NCBI GenBank assembly: GCA_018499985.2
Contig: JAHBAT020000015.1
Span: forward strand, 17,059-81,058
Source of the DNA: Candidatus Moraniibacteriota bacterium
Lineage (GTDB): Bacteria > Patescibacteriota > Minisyncoccia > Moranbacterales > UBA1568
Direction of reading: 5' to 3'
DNA: 64,000 bases
Shown piece by piece: positions 8,246 to 18,588 of this stretch. How positions within the stretch are numbered: the first letter of the stretch is position 1; every line of letters starts with the position of its first letter. The position numbers and the translations under genes were made by a program. A model generated the notes under the pieces. The model was not told the DNA's origin. It did not search any database and saw nothing but the letters and a program-made list of their open reading frames with translations.

Positions 8246-11200
8246 CTATGAAAGGTCTATGCTGCTGACCCCAGCCAGGCTACGTATTTCTTCAAGAACA
8301 TCCTCAGTAGAAGAAATGTTAAAAGAAGTAGCAATAGTTTGACCACTAATACGCACGCTCACTTTCTGGTTTCCAGCGGGCGCCTTTTTGAGAATACGAG
8401 AGAGGTCTTCTATGACACTACCAGGTGCCTGCGAGTCAATGATGACGGTGATATTTTCTGTCACTAGGGGAGCGCGCGATGCAACTGCTTTCGCTACACG
8501 ATTACGGGTAATCTCATGACGAGCAAACTGAGTGACGTTTTCGGGACGAAGCTTCTCGCCACTTTCAGCCATGATACGGATATCGCCATCTTTTTGATTG
8601 ACTTTGACTGTGACAATGACAAGCTCGTCTTCATTCCAAAGACTTTCTGTTTGTTCGGCGATTTTGCCAAAGACGAGAATTTCTATTTGACCAGTCATAT
8701 CTTCGAGTCCCACAAAGAACATGGTGCTACCAGTTTTGGTGAGAATTTTTCGTACCTTACTTATGACACCACCAATACGAACAGTGCTACCTGGAGTCAC
8801 TTTTTCAAGTTCGTTTATAGCAAGGGCTGTCTTGTTGAGATAGTCCTGGTATTCAGCTACCGGATGATCACTAACGTAGAGACCGAGAAGTTCTTTTTCC
8901 CAGGCGAGACGCATTTTTTTAGTGGCTCCCTCTGCGGATACAAGATGAATTTTTGTCTCAGGAAGAGGCATGGCTCCAAAGAGGCTATTAGTATGATTTT
9001 CGAGAAGATTCTTGCTGTTTTTGGCATGCTTTAATATGGCATCAAGACTTTGGAGGAGCTGATTGCGTTCCCCAAAAAAATCAAGTGCACCTACTTTAGT
9101 GAGAGCTTCAACAGACTTTTTATTGAGATCTTTGGTTTGGACACGCTCCGTGAGAGCCTCGAGCGTTTCATAGCGACCATTGCGCTTGCGTTCCTCAACT
9201 ATTTCTTGAGCGACCACATGACCGACGTTTTTGATAGCATTGAGTCCAAAACGAATGTTACCACCATTTGGGTTTTCCTTGTTTGGTACCACGGCAAATT
9301 CTTCAAAACTTTCATTGACATCGGGGGGTAGTACCTCGATGCCCATTTCTCTCGCTTCGTGCACTTCGATGGCTACACGATCAATGTTGTCCTGGTCACT
9401 TGTAAGAAGGGCAGCCATGAATTCAGCTGGGTAGTGAGCTTTGAGGTAAGCAGTTTGGTAACCAATGAGAGCATAACAAGCCGCATGAGAACGATTGAAT
9501 CCGTAGCCAGCAAATGGTTCGATAAAGGTAAAAACTTTTTCACCAATATCTTTTCCTACTCCAGTAGCGATACAGCCCTCGACAAATTTTTCACGTTGCT
9601 CTTGTACTAAACTCAAAATTTTCTTACCGACAGCTTTACGGAGTACGTCAGCTTCACCCAAAGTAAAGCCAGCAAGATCGCGAGCTATCTGCATGAGTTG
9701 CTCTTGGTAGACGGCTACGCCGTAGGTGTTTTTGAGAATCGGTTCAAGGATAGGGTGGAGATACTTTACTTGTTTGGTACCGTGTTTGCCCATAATGAAA
9801 TCGGGAATGTATTCCATAGGACCTGGACGATAGAGGGCGACCATAGCGATGATATCCTCAAAGACAGTAGGTTTGAGTTGTTTGAGGTAGCGTTTCATGC
9901 CAGCACTTTCAAGCTGGAAGATACCAGTAGTATGAGCTTCTTGTAGGAGTTTATAGGTAGCATCATCATCAAGAGGAATATCTTCGATATTGACCTCTAC
10001 ACCGCGAGTTTTCCGAACGATACGCAGCGTGTTTTGGATAATGGTGAGGTTTTTGAGTCCCAAGAAGTCCATTTTGAGGAGACCGATTTTTTCTACGGCA
10101 TTGGCCTTGGTACTCGCAGCATACTGAGTGACTACTCCTTCGCGAGATCCAGACACGCGCTGGAGGGGGGTGTATTCAGTCACAGGGTGCTCAGTAATCA
10201 CCACGCCACAAGCATGCATGGAGGCATGACGACAGAGACCCTCTACGGTCATGGCGGCGTCAATCAATTTCTTGACATCAGCACTGCTTTCATACCACTG
10301 AGTGAATTCAGGTACTTCATCAAGAGCTTTTTTGATGGAGGTAAACATCGGAATCATCTTGGATGTCTTGTCGCATATATCGTAGGGATATCCAAGAGCA
10401 CGACCGACATCACGGATGGCTGCACGGGCCGCCATCGTTCCAAAGGTGATAATTTGTGCTACGTGATCATTGCCATACTTACTTCTTACATAGTTGAGCA
10501 CATCGTCACGACGGTTATCAGCAAAGTCCATATCTACATCGGGCATAGAGATACGCTCTGGATTAAGGAAACGCTCGAAGAGTAAGTCGTACTTGATAGG
10601 ATCGAGATCAGTGATGCCTGTGAGGTAGGCTACAAAAGAGCCAGCTGCAGAACCACGGCCAGGACCAGTCACCACACCATTATTTTTGGCCCAGTTTACA
10701 AAGTCCTGGACGATAAGGAAGTATGAGGCGAAGCCGGTACCTTCAATAATTTTCAGTTCGTAATTGAGACGGGTATCATGCTCCTCGGTAAGGACACTTT
10801 GATCAGGATAGCGCTTGAGAAGACCTTCTTCACAAAGTTCGCGTAGGTAGCCATCGGCAGTCTTGCCTTCGGGGAGAGGAAAAGAAGGGAGTTGGTTTTC
10901 ACCAGTGTGAAGCTTGAAGTGGACTCTATCGGCGATAGCCTCTGTATTACTTACTGCTTCTGGGATAGCAGCAAAGAGATTGGTCATTTCTTCAGGAGAG
11001 CGAAAAGAGAGATCAAGAGAGCGCATACTGAAACGTTCATGATCAGAGACTTTTTTGTTGTCACGGATACAGAGCAAAATGTCTTGAATTTCTGCGTGCT
11101 CTTTTTTTACATAGTGTACATCGCAAGCAGCTACCACAGGGATACCGGTTTCCTGACTTATCTGAATCAGTCCCTGGTTTACAGTCATCTGATTTTCATT

Positions 11201-11737
11201 ATCTAAGTGTGGGCCGAGTTCGAGAAAAAAGTTACCTTTACCAAAAATCTCTTCGTATTCGAGGGCAATATTTTTGGCGCGTTCGTAGTTGCCATAGAGA
11301 AGCTCGGAAGGGATTTCACCCTGAAGAGATCCTGAGAGAGCGATGAGACCTTTGCCGTATTCACGGAGGAGTTTCTTGTCAGCGCGTGCCTTATAGTAAA
11401 AACCATCAAGCTGAGCAATAGAGATGAGCTTCATGAGGTTTTTGTAACCAGTCTCATCTTCTACGAGAAGGACAAGCTGGTGACGACGACGATCTTCAGC
11501 AGTATTGTTTTTACTTAAGTGGTCTTTGCAGATAAAGATTTCAGCCCCGAGGATAGCTTTGATATCGTACTCCTTGGCCTTGGTATAGAATTCCACAGCG
11601 CCATACATCGCACTGGTGTCAGTGATGGCGAGGGCCGTCATGCCCATGGCCTTGGCCTCAGCCAAAAGGTCTTCTATCTTCGGGAGGGCCGTGAGGAGTG
11701 AGTAGTGAGAGTGAGTATGAAGGTGGACGAATGACAT
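8246..11737 (-). CDS. dnaE: DNA polymerase III alpha subunit
   Basis: PHP FVHLHTHSHYS, GRGSAAGS, FERFLNPERISMPDVDMD, GLLKMDFLGL, YGFNRSH, OB fold; start set at MSFVH (11737). Confidence 0.98.
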   Translation of the reverse strand: MSFVHLHTHSHYSLLTALPKIEDLLAEAKAMGMTALAITDTSAMYGAVEFYTKAKEYDIKAILGAEIFICKDHLSKNNTAEDRRRHQLVLLVEDETGYKNLMKLISIAQLDGFYYKARADKKLLREYGKGLIALSGSLQGEIPSELLYGNYERAKNIALEYEEIFGKGNFFLELGPHLDNENQMTVNQGLIQISQETGIPVVAACDVHYVKKEHAEIQDILLCIRDNKKVSDHERFSMRSLDLSFRSPEEMTNLFAAIPEAVSNTEAIADRVHFKLHTGENQLPSFPLPEGKTADGYLRELCEEGLLKRYPDQSVLTEEHDTRLNYELKIIEGTGFASYFLIVQDFVNWAKNNGVVTGPGRGSAAGSFVAYLTGITDLDPIKYDLLFERFLNPERISMPDVDMDFADNRRDDVLNYVRSKYGNDHVAQIITFGTMAARAAIRDVGRALGYPYDICDKTSKMIPMFTSIKKALDEVPEFTQWYESSADVKKLIDAAMTVEGLCRHASMHACGVVITEHPVTEYTPLQRVSGSREGVVTQYAASTKANAVEKIGLLKMDFLGLKNLTIIQNTLRIVRKTRGVEVNIEDIPLDDDATYKLLQEAHTTGIFQLESAGMKRYLKQLKPTVFEDIIAMVALYRPGPMEYIPDFIMGKHGTKQVKYLHPILEPILKNTYGVAVYQEQLMQIARDLAGFTLGEADVLRKAVGKKILSLVQEQREKFVEGCIATGVGKDIGEKVFTFIEPFAGYGFNRSHAACYALIGYQTAYLKAHYPAEFMAALLTSDQDNIDRVAIEVHEAREMGIEVLPPDVNESFEEFAVVPNKENPNGGNIRFGLNAIKNVGHVVAQEIVEERKRNGRYETLEALTERVQTKDLNKKSVEALTKVGALDFFGERNQLLQSLDAILKHAKNSKNLLENHTNSLFGAMPLPETKIHLVSAEGATKKMRLAWEKELLGLYVSDHPVAEYQDYLNKTALAINELEKVTPGSTVRIGGVISKVRKILTKTGSTMFFVGLEDMTGQIEILVFGKIAEQTESLWNEDELVIVTVKVNQKDGDIRIMAESGEKLRPENVTQFARHEITRNRVAKAVASRAPLVTENITVIIDSQAPGSVIEDLSRILKKAPAGNQKVSVRISGQTIATSFNISSTEDVLEEIRSLAGVSSIDLS

Positions 11738-11899
11738 AGGGAAAAAAGAAAACCACTTACCGAACAAACGATAAATGGTCTTGAAAATGAGTAGGCAAAA
11801 AAGAGTTCATAACTTTGAATAATCCCTCAGTAGCCAGGGTAAACCAGGAGGCATATGCAGGGAAGATAAATGTATCCTTATTATAACAGAAAAGCCAAA

Positions 11900-11930
11900 C
11901 CCCCTCCACATGCAGTTGCATGAGAGGGGG
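11900..11930 (-). terminator. Long imperfect hairpin terminator after orphan membrane gene
   Basis: CCCCCTC..CATGCA-gt-TGCATG.GAGGGGG with T-rich run downstream on the minus strand. Confidence 0.6.
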
Positions 11931-11950
11931 GGGTGAAGCGAAAAACAAGA

Positions 11951-12298
11951 CTAGGATTGGCCTAGCTCTTGAGGTCGTTGAGTTCGCCAGATGAGAAGAG
12001 TAGCCTCTAAGGCGATGAGCGCCCCGATAAATAATTGCCAACCAGGCACGAGATATGGGGGTGCATTTTGCTTCTCTATAAATAGAAGTCCGTATATGAA
12101 GACCCCCATTGTTGTGATTACTGACACAGGAGAGCTCCATTTTCTTATGGTGCAGGTATAGCCTATACCAAAGATGATCATGAAAATTAGATATTGAGCC
12201 CGCTGTACCTGACTTGGCTCTACATAGTATCCGACAGCGCCGTAGACGAGCAAAGCGATAATGCTGATAACAGAGCGTTGTGTGTCGCTAAAAGTCAT
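11951..12298 (-). CDS. Orphan small multi-pass membrane protein (~115 aa)
   Basis: About four hydrophobic segments; ATG 12298 preceded by GGAGGG, a boxA-like GTTCATTTACAAC and TTGACT-18-TATACC. Confidence 0.7.
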   Translation of the reverse strand: MTFSDTQRSVISIIALLVYGAVGYYVEPSQVQRAQYLIFMIIFGIGYTCTIRKWSSPVSVITTMGVFIYGLLFIEKQNAPPYLVPGWQLFIGALIALEATLLIWRTQRPQELGQS

Positions 12299-12397
12299 GT
12301 GAAGTCCCTCCGGTTGTAAATGAACTGTAAGTTTGTATCTGTGGTATACCATTTATTTTTATTTTAAGTCAAAATTAGAGAGTGATATAATGAAAAT

Positions 12398-13099
12398 ATG
12401 GAACTTCCAACATTCAATAAAGAACGAGAAATTACGGCCAAGGGTCAGTATTTTGCCGTGGGTATCGATGAAGCAGGGCGGGGGCCACTAGCTGGTCCGG
12501 TAGTGGCTTCTGCTGTGATATATAAGCATGCGGACTTTACCTATCCACTGGAACTAACGAAGGCCTTTACACTTATTCGTGATTCCAAGAAACTTTCAGA
12601 AAAGCAACGCGAGCAGGCCTTTGACTTGATTCGTGAGCATTTTTATGTCGGGGTGGGAATAGTCAATGCCGAGACTATTGATAGAGTAAATATTCTGCAG
12701 GCCACTTTTCTGGCTATGAAGGGAGCTCTTTCTGATCTTAAACGACAGCTTCCTAAGGATGGTCGAGAGGTATATTTACTGCTTGATGGTAATCAGTTGC
12801 TACCTGGCTATAGTGGAGCACAGGAAACGGTGATTGGCGGGGATGGTACGGTACGCTCTATAGCCGCTGCTTCGATTATTGCCAAAGTCACTCGAGACAG
12901 AATGTTTGAGGAGTACGAGAAAGAGTATCCAGAGTATGGCTTCGGGAAACACAAAGGCTACGGTACCAAAGTGCACATGGATGCTCTTCGTAAATATGGT
13001 CCGACCCCAATTCATCGAATCTCTTTCAAGCCAGTGAAGCTTGCTCTACCAGAAAACGTCAATAAGCGCTTTGACCGTGATTTGAAGCCCCGTAAGTAG
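12398..13099 (+). CDS. rnhB: Ribonuclease HII
   Basis: GIDEAGRGPLAGPVVA, DSKKLS, LDGN, SIAAASIIAKVTRD, HKGYGT, HRISF. Confidence 0.97.
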   Translation: MELPTFNKEREITAKGQYFAVGIDEAGRGPLAGPVVASAVIYKHADFTYPLELTKAFTLIRDSKKLSEKQREQAFDLIREHFYVGVGIVNAETIDRVNILQATFLAMKGALSDLKRQLPKDGREVYLLLDGNQLLPGYSGAQETVIGGDGTVRSIAAASIIAKVTRDRMFEEYEKEYPEYGFGKHKGYGTKVHMDALRKYGPTPIHRISFKPVKLALPENVNKRFDRDLKPRK

Positions 13100-13185
13100 G
13101 GCGGGTTGCTCTCTTTCCTTTTGTGGGTTAGGGTAGGGGTGCGTTCTTTAATTTTGTCGAAGCTATTCATGAAAGGAATAAGCTT

Positions 13186-13782
13186 ATGTCTATTGATTCT
13201 GACTTTGTATCTTGGCGAGGTGTCCTGACGCCTAGGCTGAGCATCAATCTTTCTGGCTTTCGGTCAGAGCTGACCCTCCATGAAGAAATTGCTACCCGTT
13301 ATAACCGGGGGCAAATTGATGTTTCATATACCACATCAGGGGTTTTTGCAGTTTTTCAAGAAAGACTTGATGGGGAGGATCAGGAATTTTTTGAAGAGGT
13401 CATGCCATATGATGTGGGCTTGAGTGCTCATCAGCCTCGCAATGATCCTCGTATCAGGTATGTGCGAGCTCCTAGTCCAGAGAGGCCCTCACACTATGAG
13501 CTCCTCTCGTATTTGGGCGAAGCGGCTTTTATCTCATGGCGTACGATGTTTGCGCTCATAGACGCTGATGTCGCTTCTCAAGGGGAAATCTTCGGTCTCC
13601 ATGGGCCAATTGTTGGTCTTTACCTTCGGACAAAAAATGGCTGGATTATGAAAGTGACCGTTATGCGAGGGGAGGCAGACAAGGGACCTATCTATTACTT
13701 CGACAACCCCATGGCACCCAATGTTGCCAGAGCGGGAGTGCTCCATCTTGGTACAAGAACCATCTTTGCTGTTGAAAGGTAA
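13186..13782 (+). CDS. Orphan hypothetical protein
   Basis: 198-aa ORF with AAGGA RBS, GTTCTTTAA leader motif and its own terminator; no recognisable family. Confidence 0.6.
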   Translation: MSIDSDFVSWRGVLTPRLSINLSGFRSELTLHEEIATRYNRGQIDVSYTTSGVFAVFQERLDGEDQEFFEEVMPYDVGLSAHQPRNDPRIRYVRAPSPERPSHYELLSYLGEAAFISWRTMFALIDADVASQGEIFGLHGPIVGLYLRTKNGWIMKVTVMRGEADKGPIYYFDNPMAPNVARAGVLHLGTRTIFAVER

Positions 13783-13822
13783 AGTGGCCCGAGAAGTCTC
13801 AGGGAGGAGCTCAATCTCAAGT

Positions 13823-13860
13823 GCCGGAGTCTCTCCTTGAGCAGACTCCGGCCTTTTTGT
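13823..13860 (+). terminator. Intrinsic terminator after orphan gene
   Basis: GCCGGAGTCT-ctc-ctt-gag-c-AGACTCCGGC-CTTTTTGT. Confidence 0.8.
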
Positions 13861-13928
13861 CTCTACTTGCCAATATAGAGGCCTTGTGTTACTCTTCTTT
13901 TGTTAAATATTTCTAGATTTTTACTGTT

Positions 13929-14132
13929 ATGGCACTTCCAAAGCAAAGACATACCCGTCATCGTCGAGATCGCGCTCGTAAACAATACGACGTAGAGCTC
14001 CAAAATACCGCTACTTGCCCTAAATGTGGTGCTCGTGTGATTACTCATCGTGCCTGCAAAGAGTGTGGTACCTACAAAGGTAAAGAGGTAATCAAAAAAG
14101 CAGCTCCAAAGCTTAAGAAGGTAGCTGCCTAA
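13929..14132 (+). CDS. rpmF: 50S ribosomal protein L32
   Basis: MALPKQRHTRHRRDRAR, CPKCG...HRACKECGTY zinc ribbon. Confidence 0.97.
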   Translation: MALPKQRHTRHRRDRARKQYDVELQNTATCPKCGARVITHRACKECGTYKGKEVIKKAAPKLKKVAA

Positions 14133-14191
14133 ATACAGCTTTCTCAAATCTTTTCAAAAATCGTTCGTAAGTTCCTTGCAAAACAAAAACC

Positions 14192-14749
14192 ATGGCCAAT
14201 AGACATCTCCAGCGCTCAGTCGCAATGCAATCACTCTTTGAGTGGGATTTTAAAGGTCGTCATAATGATCAGTCTCGTCTTATTTTAAAGCGGAATATCC
14301 AAGAGTTTGCTCCCGGTATTGATGATACTATTTTTGCTGAACATCTCATCGAGGGGACGCTTCGTGAGCAGCAGACAATCGATGCTCTTATTATCAAATG
14401 CGCCCCGGAGTGGCCACTTGAGCAGGTGACTGTAATAGATAGAAATATCTTACGTCTTGGTATTTATGAGCTCATGTTTGGAAACTATGATGAGGTACCA
14501 CCTAAGGTGGCTATCAATGAAGCGATAGAACTCGCTAAGTCTTTTGGGAGTGATGCCAGTGCTCGTTTCGTCAATGGGGTACTGGGCACTATCTATCGTG
14601 AGATGGGTGAACCAATGAAAGATGATGTGTCAGCTAATCATAAGCGTGAAGAAGGAGAAAAAAAGGAAGTCAAAAAAGCCACAAAAACTTCAGACAAAGA
14701 AAAGAAGACTGTTAAGAAAGTAGTTGCAAAAAAGGTTACCAAGAAATAA
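14192..14749 (+). CDS. nusB: Transcription antitermination factor NusB
   Basis: [37 protein letters not shown]; Lys-rich tail. Confidence 0.96.
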   Translation: MANRHLQRSVAMQSLFEWDFKGRHNDQSRLILKRNIQEFAPGIDDTIFAEHLIEGTLREQQTIDALIIKCAPEWPLEQVTVIDRNILRLGIYELMFGNYDEVPPKVAINEAIELAKSFGSDASARFVNGVLGTIYREMGEPMKDDVSANHKREEGEKKEVKKATKTSDKEKKTVKKVVAKKVTKK

Positions 14750-14797
14750 TACAAGGGAGGCTGCCGGAGAGCAGCCTCAAATTTTAGCAGAAGAGCT

Positions 14798-15493
14798 ATG
14801 AATCATACTGTAGATACTGCTGGCCTTGCAGCCACACTCGATATCGCTATCACCAAAACAGAGCTTTACCATGAAGCCCTGACGCATCGTTCATACTTAA
14901 ATGAACACCGTGATTATCGGTACCCACACAATGAGCGTCTTGAATTTCTCGGAGACGCAGTATTGGAATTGGTCGTGACACGTCACCTGTTTGATACTTT
15001 GCCAAATCCAGAAGGTGAGCTTACGAGTTTTCGTGCCGCTCTCGTCAATGGTGAAATGCTTTCAGTTATCGGTAAAGAACTTGGTATTGAGAAATACCTT
15101 CTTATGAGTCGTGGTGAAGCCAAGGATACGGGCCGTGCACGAAATTACCTTATTGCCAATGCTATGGAAGCTATTATTGGTGCTATCTATCTTGATCAGG
15201 GCTACGATGATGCCGGGCTTTTTATCGAGCGTCATATCCTTTCTCGTTTACCAGAAGTGATGGAAAAGGGTCTCTACACTGATCCAAAGAGTCATTTTCA
15301 GGAAATGGCTCAAGAAAAAGTTGGGATTACACCGAGTTATGGAGTGCTTCGTGAATGGGGCCCAGACCATGATCGCCACTTTGTAGCGGGAGTGTTTCTC
15401 GAAGAGGAGCTCATCGCTGAAGGCGAAGGTGCCAGTAAGCAAGACGCTCAGCGCGCCGCTGCCAAGAAGGCTCTTGAGGCCAAGGGGTGGTAG
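14798..15493 (+). CDS. rnc: Ribonuclease III
   Basis: ALTHRSY, NERLEFLGDAVL signature, C-terminal dsRBD (DPKS...GPDH...SKQDAQRAAA). Confidence 0.97.
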   Translation: MNHTVDTAGLAATLDIAITKTELYHEALTHRSYLNEHRDYRYPHNERLEFLGDAVLELVVTRHLFDTLPNPEGELTSFRAALVNGEMLSVIGKELGIEKYLLMSRGEAKDTGRARNYLIANAMEAIIGAIYLDQGYDDAGLFIERHILSRLPEVMEKGLYTDPKSHFQEMAQEKVGITPSYGVLREWGPDHDRHFVAGVFLEEELIAEGEGASKQDAQRAAAKKALEAKGW

Positions 15494-15599
15494 AGTCAAG
15501 GAAAAAGAGATGCCTTTGTAAAGCATTTCTTTTTTTTATCGCTACTTTTGGGTATACTGGATAAGAGCTCGAATTTGAGCATTTTTTGTTGTATTTCTT

Positions 15600-17912
15600 G
15601 TGTATTTAAAGAAAGTTGAAATTAACGGATTTAAATCATTTGCCCAGAAGACAGTTCTGGATTTTTCGCCGACCCTGGATTCTTCGAGTATTGCTGCGCG
15701 TACTATCACGGCCATTGTGGGTCCCAATGGGAGTGGTAAGTCCAATGTGGCAGACGCTATTCGCTGGGCTATTGGTGAGCAATCAGTCAAGAATCTACGT
15801 GGGAAGAAATCAGAGGATGTCATCTTTGCTGGTACCGATAAGAAGGCTCGCATGGGGAGTGCTTCTGTTACGTTGCATTTTGATAATAGCGACAAGCGTA
15901 TTCCTATCGAGTTTGGCGAAGTCTCGATTACTCGTAAGGTTTACCGTAGCGGTGAAAGTGAATACCTAATCAATGGTTCCAAGGTACGCCTTTTGGATAT
16001 TATCGATCTCCTTGCTAAGGCTGGTATTGGTAAGGATAGCTATTCTGTCATCACACAGGGCATGAGTGATGCCACGCTTCAGGCTACGCCACTTGAGCGT
16101 CGCAGTATCTTTGAGGATGCCGCCGGTGTAAAACAGTATCAGATAGAAAAGGAGCGCTCGCAGCGTAAGCTTATCAATACCGAAGAAAACTTGGTACGTG
16201 TAGAAGCGTTGATTCAGGAAATCGAGCCGCATTTGAAGGGTCTTAAACGTCAGGCTGAAAAAGCTTCACAAGGAAAAGACGTTGCCTTGAAGCTTCATGA
16301 GAAGCAAGTATTGTTGTACGGATACCTCTGGAAGCAATTTGAAAAAGAACGAAGCACTGTGCTTGTTGAGCGTGACATGTTGCAGAAGCAGGTTTTTGAA
16401 TTGGAAGTCAGTACCAATACGCTCTCAGGAGAAATGACCATGCTTCGAGAAGAGCTAGAGGGAGAGCAAGAAGAAGTAGAGCTGATAAAGACCCTCGACA
16501 GCTTGCGTGCTGAGCAAAATGATATCGAGCGTAAACAGAGTGTCCTTCGTGGCAAGATGGAGATTGAGCGTGAGCGTCAGAAAGAAGAAGAGGTGATTCG
16601 TACTATCCCAGTAGATCTACCGTATGTCCAAAATGCGCTCGATGAGATTCGTCAGGCCCAAAGCATGCTGGTAAAAAATATTGCCAAGTGTGAAAGTCTC
16701 GATGAACTCGAAGAGCTAAGAAAGCAGGCAGAGGCTATCCAAGAAAAATTGAGCGAACTCAATACCAAAGCAAGCGAGGGAAGTGTCAAAGAAGTGCAGG
16801 TGATTCGTTTGCCGGTGGCAGAAAAAGAAGCGAGTGATGCGCGTATCAAGGAAAGTGAAGATGAGCTCAAGGAGATGAGTGCTCGCTATGAAACCGTCAA
16901 GACTTCTATCAAAGAAATTGAAACAAAAATTACCACCTCTCGTGATGCTACCAAGGCCAAGCGAGATGCCTTTTTTGTCAAAGAAAAAGCCTGGCGTGAA
17001 ACTGAGATGGAGTTGGCTCGCAAGAAGGATGCCTTAAATGATATCAAGGTACGTCTTGCTCGAGTAGAAGTGCGTGAAGAAGATTTGACCAAGCTTGTCC
17101 AGGAAGAATTAAATATTGCCCCTACAGTACTTACTTACGATGAAGCGATACCAGTAGAACGCGAACGCTTAGAGCGTGAGATTACTCGACTCAAGATAGA
17201 AGTAGAGCACATAGGGAGTATCGATCCAGAGGTTGTCCATGAATACGAAGAGACTCAAGAGCGCTTTGATTTTCTTACTCGAGAATCTAGTGATTTACGT
17301 CAGGCCATGGAAAGCTTGGCTACTGTGATTGCTGAGATGGATCAAAAAATTGAAACTGCTTTCAAAAAAGCCTTTCATGATATCCGTGAGAAATTTGCTG
17401 AGAATTTCAAAATCATCTTTGGAGGAGGTAAGGCAGAGCTTTCTTTGGTCGCAATCCAAAAAAGAAAGCGGGGGATGGATGCCGAGCTCGAAGGTGAGGT
17501 AGTCGATGAGGAAGCGGCTCTCGAAGAATCCCAAACAGGAATTGAAATCCATGCCTGTCCGCCAGGGAAAAAGATTACCAACCTCTCAATGCTTTCAGGA
17601 GGAGAGCGTTCATTGACCTCGCTAGCGCTTCTTTTTGCTATTATTTCTTACAATCCGCCACCATTCGCAGTGCTCGATGAAGTAGAAGCGGCTCTTGATG
17701 AGGCTAATTCACGGCGTTTTGGGAAGATGCTCGGAGAGCTTTCTCGTCATACGCAGTTTATTGCTATTACCCATAATCGTGAGACGATGTCTCATGCAAG
17801 CCTCCTTTATGGCGTAACTATGGGGGCAGACGGTATTTCTCAGCTTCTCTCGGTGCATCTTGATGAAATAGAGAAAAAAGTGCTTAAAGCTGAGAAAAGG
17901 CTTGACGCCTGA
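15600..17912 (+). CDS. smc: SMC-family chromosome ATPase, short (770 aa), no canonical hinge
   Basis: GFKSFA, VGPNGSGKSN, Q-loop ITQG, LSGGE, LDEVEAALD, ITH; coiled coils; rnc-smc synteny. Confidence 0.85.
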   Translation: MYLKKVEINGFKSFAQKTVLDFSPTLDSSSIAARTITAIVGPNGSGKSNVADAIRWAIGEQSVKNLRGKKSEDVIFAGTDKKARMGSASVTLHFDNSDKRIPIEFGEVSITRKVYRSGESEYLINGSKVRLLDIIDLLAKAGIGKDSYSVITQGMSDATLQATPLERRSIFEDAAGVKQYQIEKERSQRKLINTEENLVRVEALIQEIEPHLKGLKRQAEKASQGKDVALKLHEKQVLLYGYLWKQFEKERSTVLVERDMLQKQVFELEVSTNTLSGEMTMLREELEGEQEEVELIKTLDSLRAEQNDIERKQSVLRGKMEIERERQKEEEVIRTIPVDLPYVQNALDEIRQAQSMLVKNIAKCESLDELEELRKQAEAIQEKLSELNTKASEGSVKEVQVIRLPVAEKEASDARIKESEDELKEMSARYETVKTSIKEIETKITTSRDATKAKRDAFFVKEKAWRETEMELARKKDALNDIKVRLARVEVREEDLTKLVQEELNIAPTVLTYDEAIPVERERLEREITRLKIEVEHIGSIDPEVVHEYEETQERFDFLTRESSDLRQAMESLATVIAEMDQKIETAFKKAFHDIREKFAENFKIIFGGGKAELSLVAIQKRKRGMDAELEGEVVDEEAALEESQTGIEIHACPPGKKITNLSMLSGGERSLTSLALLFAIISYNPPPFAVLDEVEAALDEANSRRFGKMLGELSRHTQFIAITHNRETMSHASLLYGVTMGADGISQLLSVHLDEIEKKVLKAEKRLDA

Positions 17913-17970
17913 TAAAAAAGGTATTATAGTAATCCTTGTATATAACTTAACTGATTCCAAAGCGTAAAGT

Positions 17971-18372
17971 ATGTTGACTATCCGTTTTAACCGCACTGGT
18001 AAGAAGAATCGTGTTTCTTATCGTTTGGTCCTCCAAGAAAAAACCAAAGCTCCAGGTAAGCGTCATATCGAAATCCTCGGTAGCCATGACCCACACACCA
18101 AGACGACTATTCTTAAGAAAGATCGTATCTTAGAATGGCTTTCTAAGGGTGTGCAGACCTCTGACACTGTACATAACCTTCTTGTACGTGAAGGTGTTAT
18201 CGAAGGAAAGAAAGTGGCTCGCAAGATGCCTCGCCCTGAACCAAAAGAAGAGCCTGTAGTAGAAGAGGAAGTAAAAGAGGCAGCTGAAGAAGTAGTAGCA
18301 GAAGCCGAGGTAGCAGTCGCAGACACTGAGTCTGTCGAAGCTGCTGAGCCAGTAGCAGAAGAAACAGTATAA
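17971..18372 (+). CDS. rpsP: 30S ribosomal protein S16 with acidic C-terminal extension
   Basis: MLTIRFNRTGKK..YRLV, IEILGSHDP, WLSKGVQTSDTV. Confidence 0.95.
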   Translation: MLTIRFNRTGKKNRVSYRLVLQEKTKAPGKRHIEILGSHDPHTKTTILKKDRILEWLSKGVQTSDTVHNLLVREGVIEGKKVARKMPRPEPKEEPVVEEEVKEAAEEVVAEAEVAVADTESVEAAEPVAEETV

Positions 18373-18421
18373 ATGCTTGACGAGGGCTCGTTTCTCTGAT
18401 AGTCTAGATACACAATAAAAT

Positions 18422-18572
18422 ACTCCGTAGAAACAAGGCATACCACTCGTCCAGTCAAATGGCAGAGGTAGATAAGTCCTTGTGAGGAACTTCACAGCAG
18501 TCATTGGTCATATCCTGACAAAAGATAGTGCTGGGAAATTTCTCATCTGCGGACGTTCCGCAGATTTTTTTT
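18422..18572 (+). promoter_or_regulatory. L10 ribosomal leader with attenuator terminator
   Basis: TCCGTAGAAACAAGG...TAAGTCCTTGTGAGGA resembles the L10-leader core; hairpin ATCTGCGGA-cgt-TCCGCAGAT-T7 just before rplJ. Confidence 0.75.
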
Positions 18573-18588
18573 AATTTACAAATCTCAT

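Noticed and set aside
17910..17912. Alternative genetic code (UGA = Gly)
   Set aside because: Long conserved genes have no in-frame TGA, and smc and others end at TGA.
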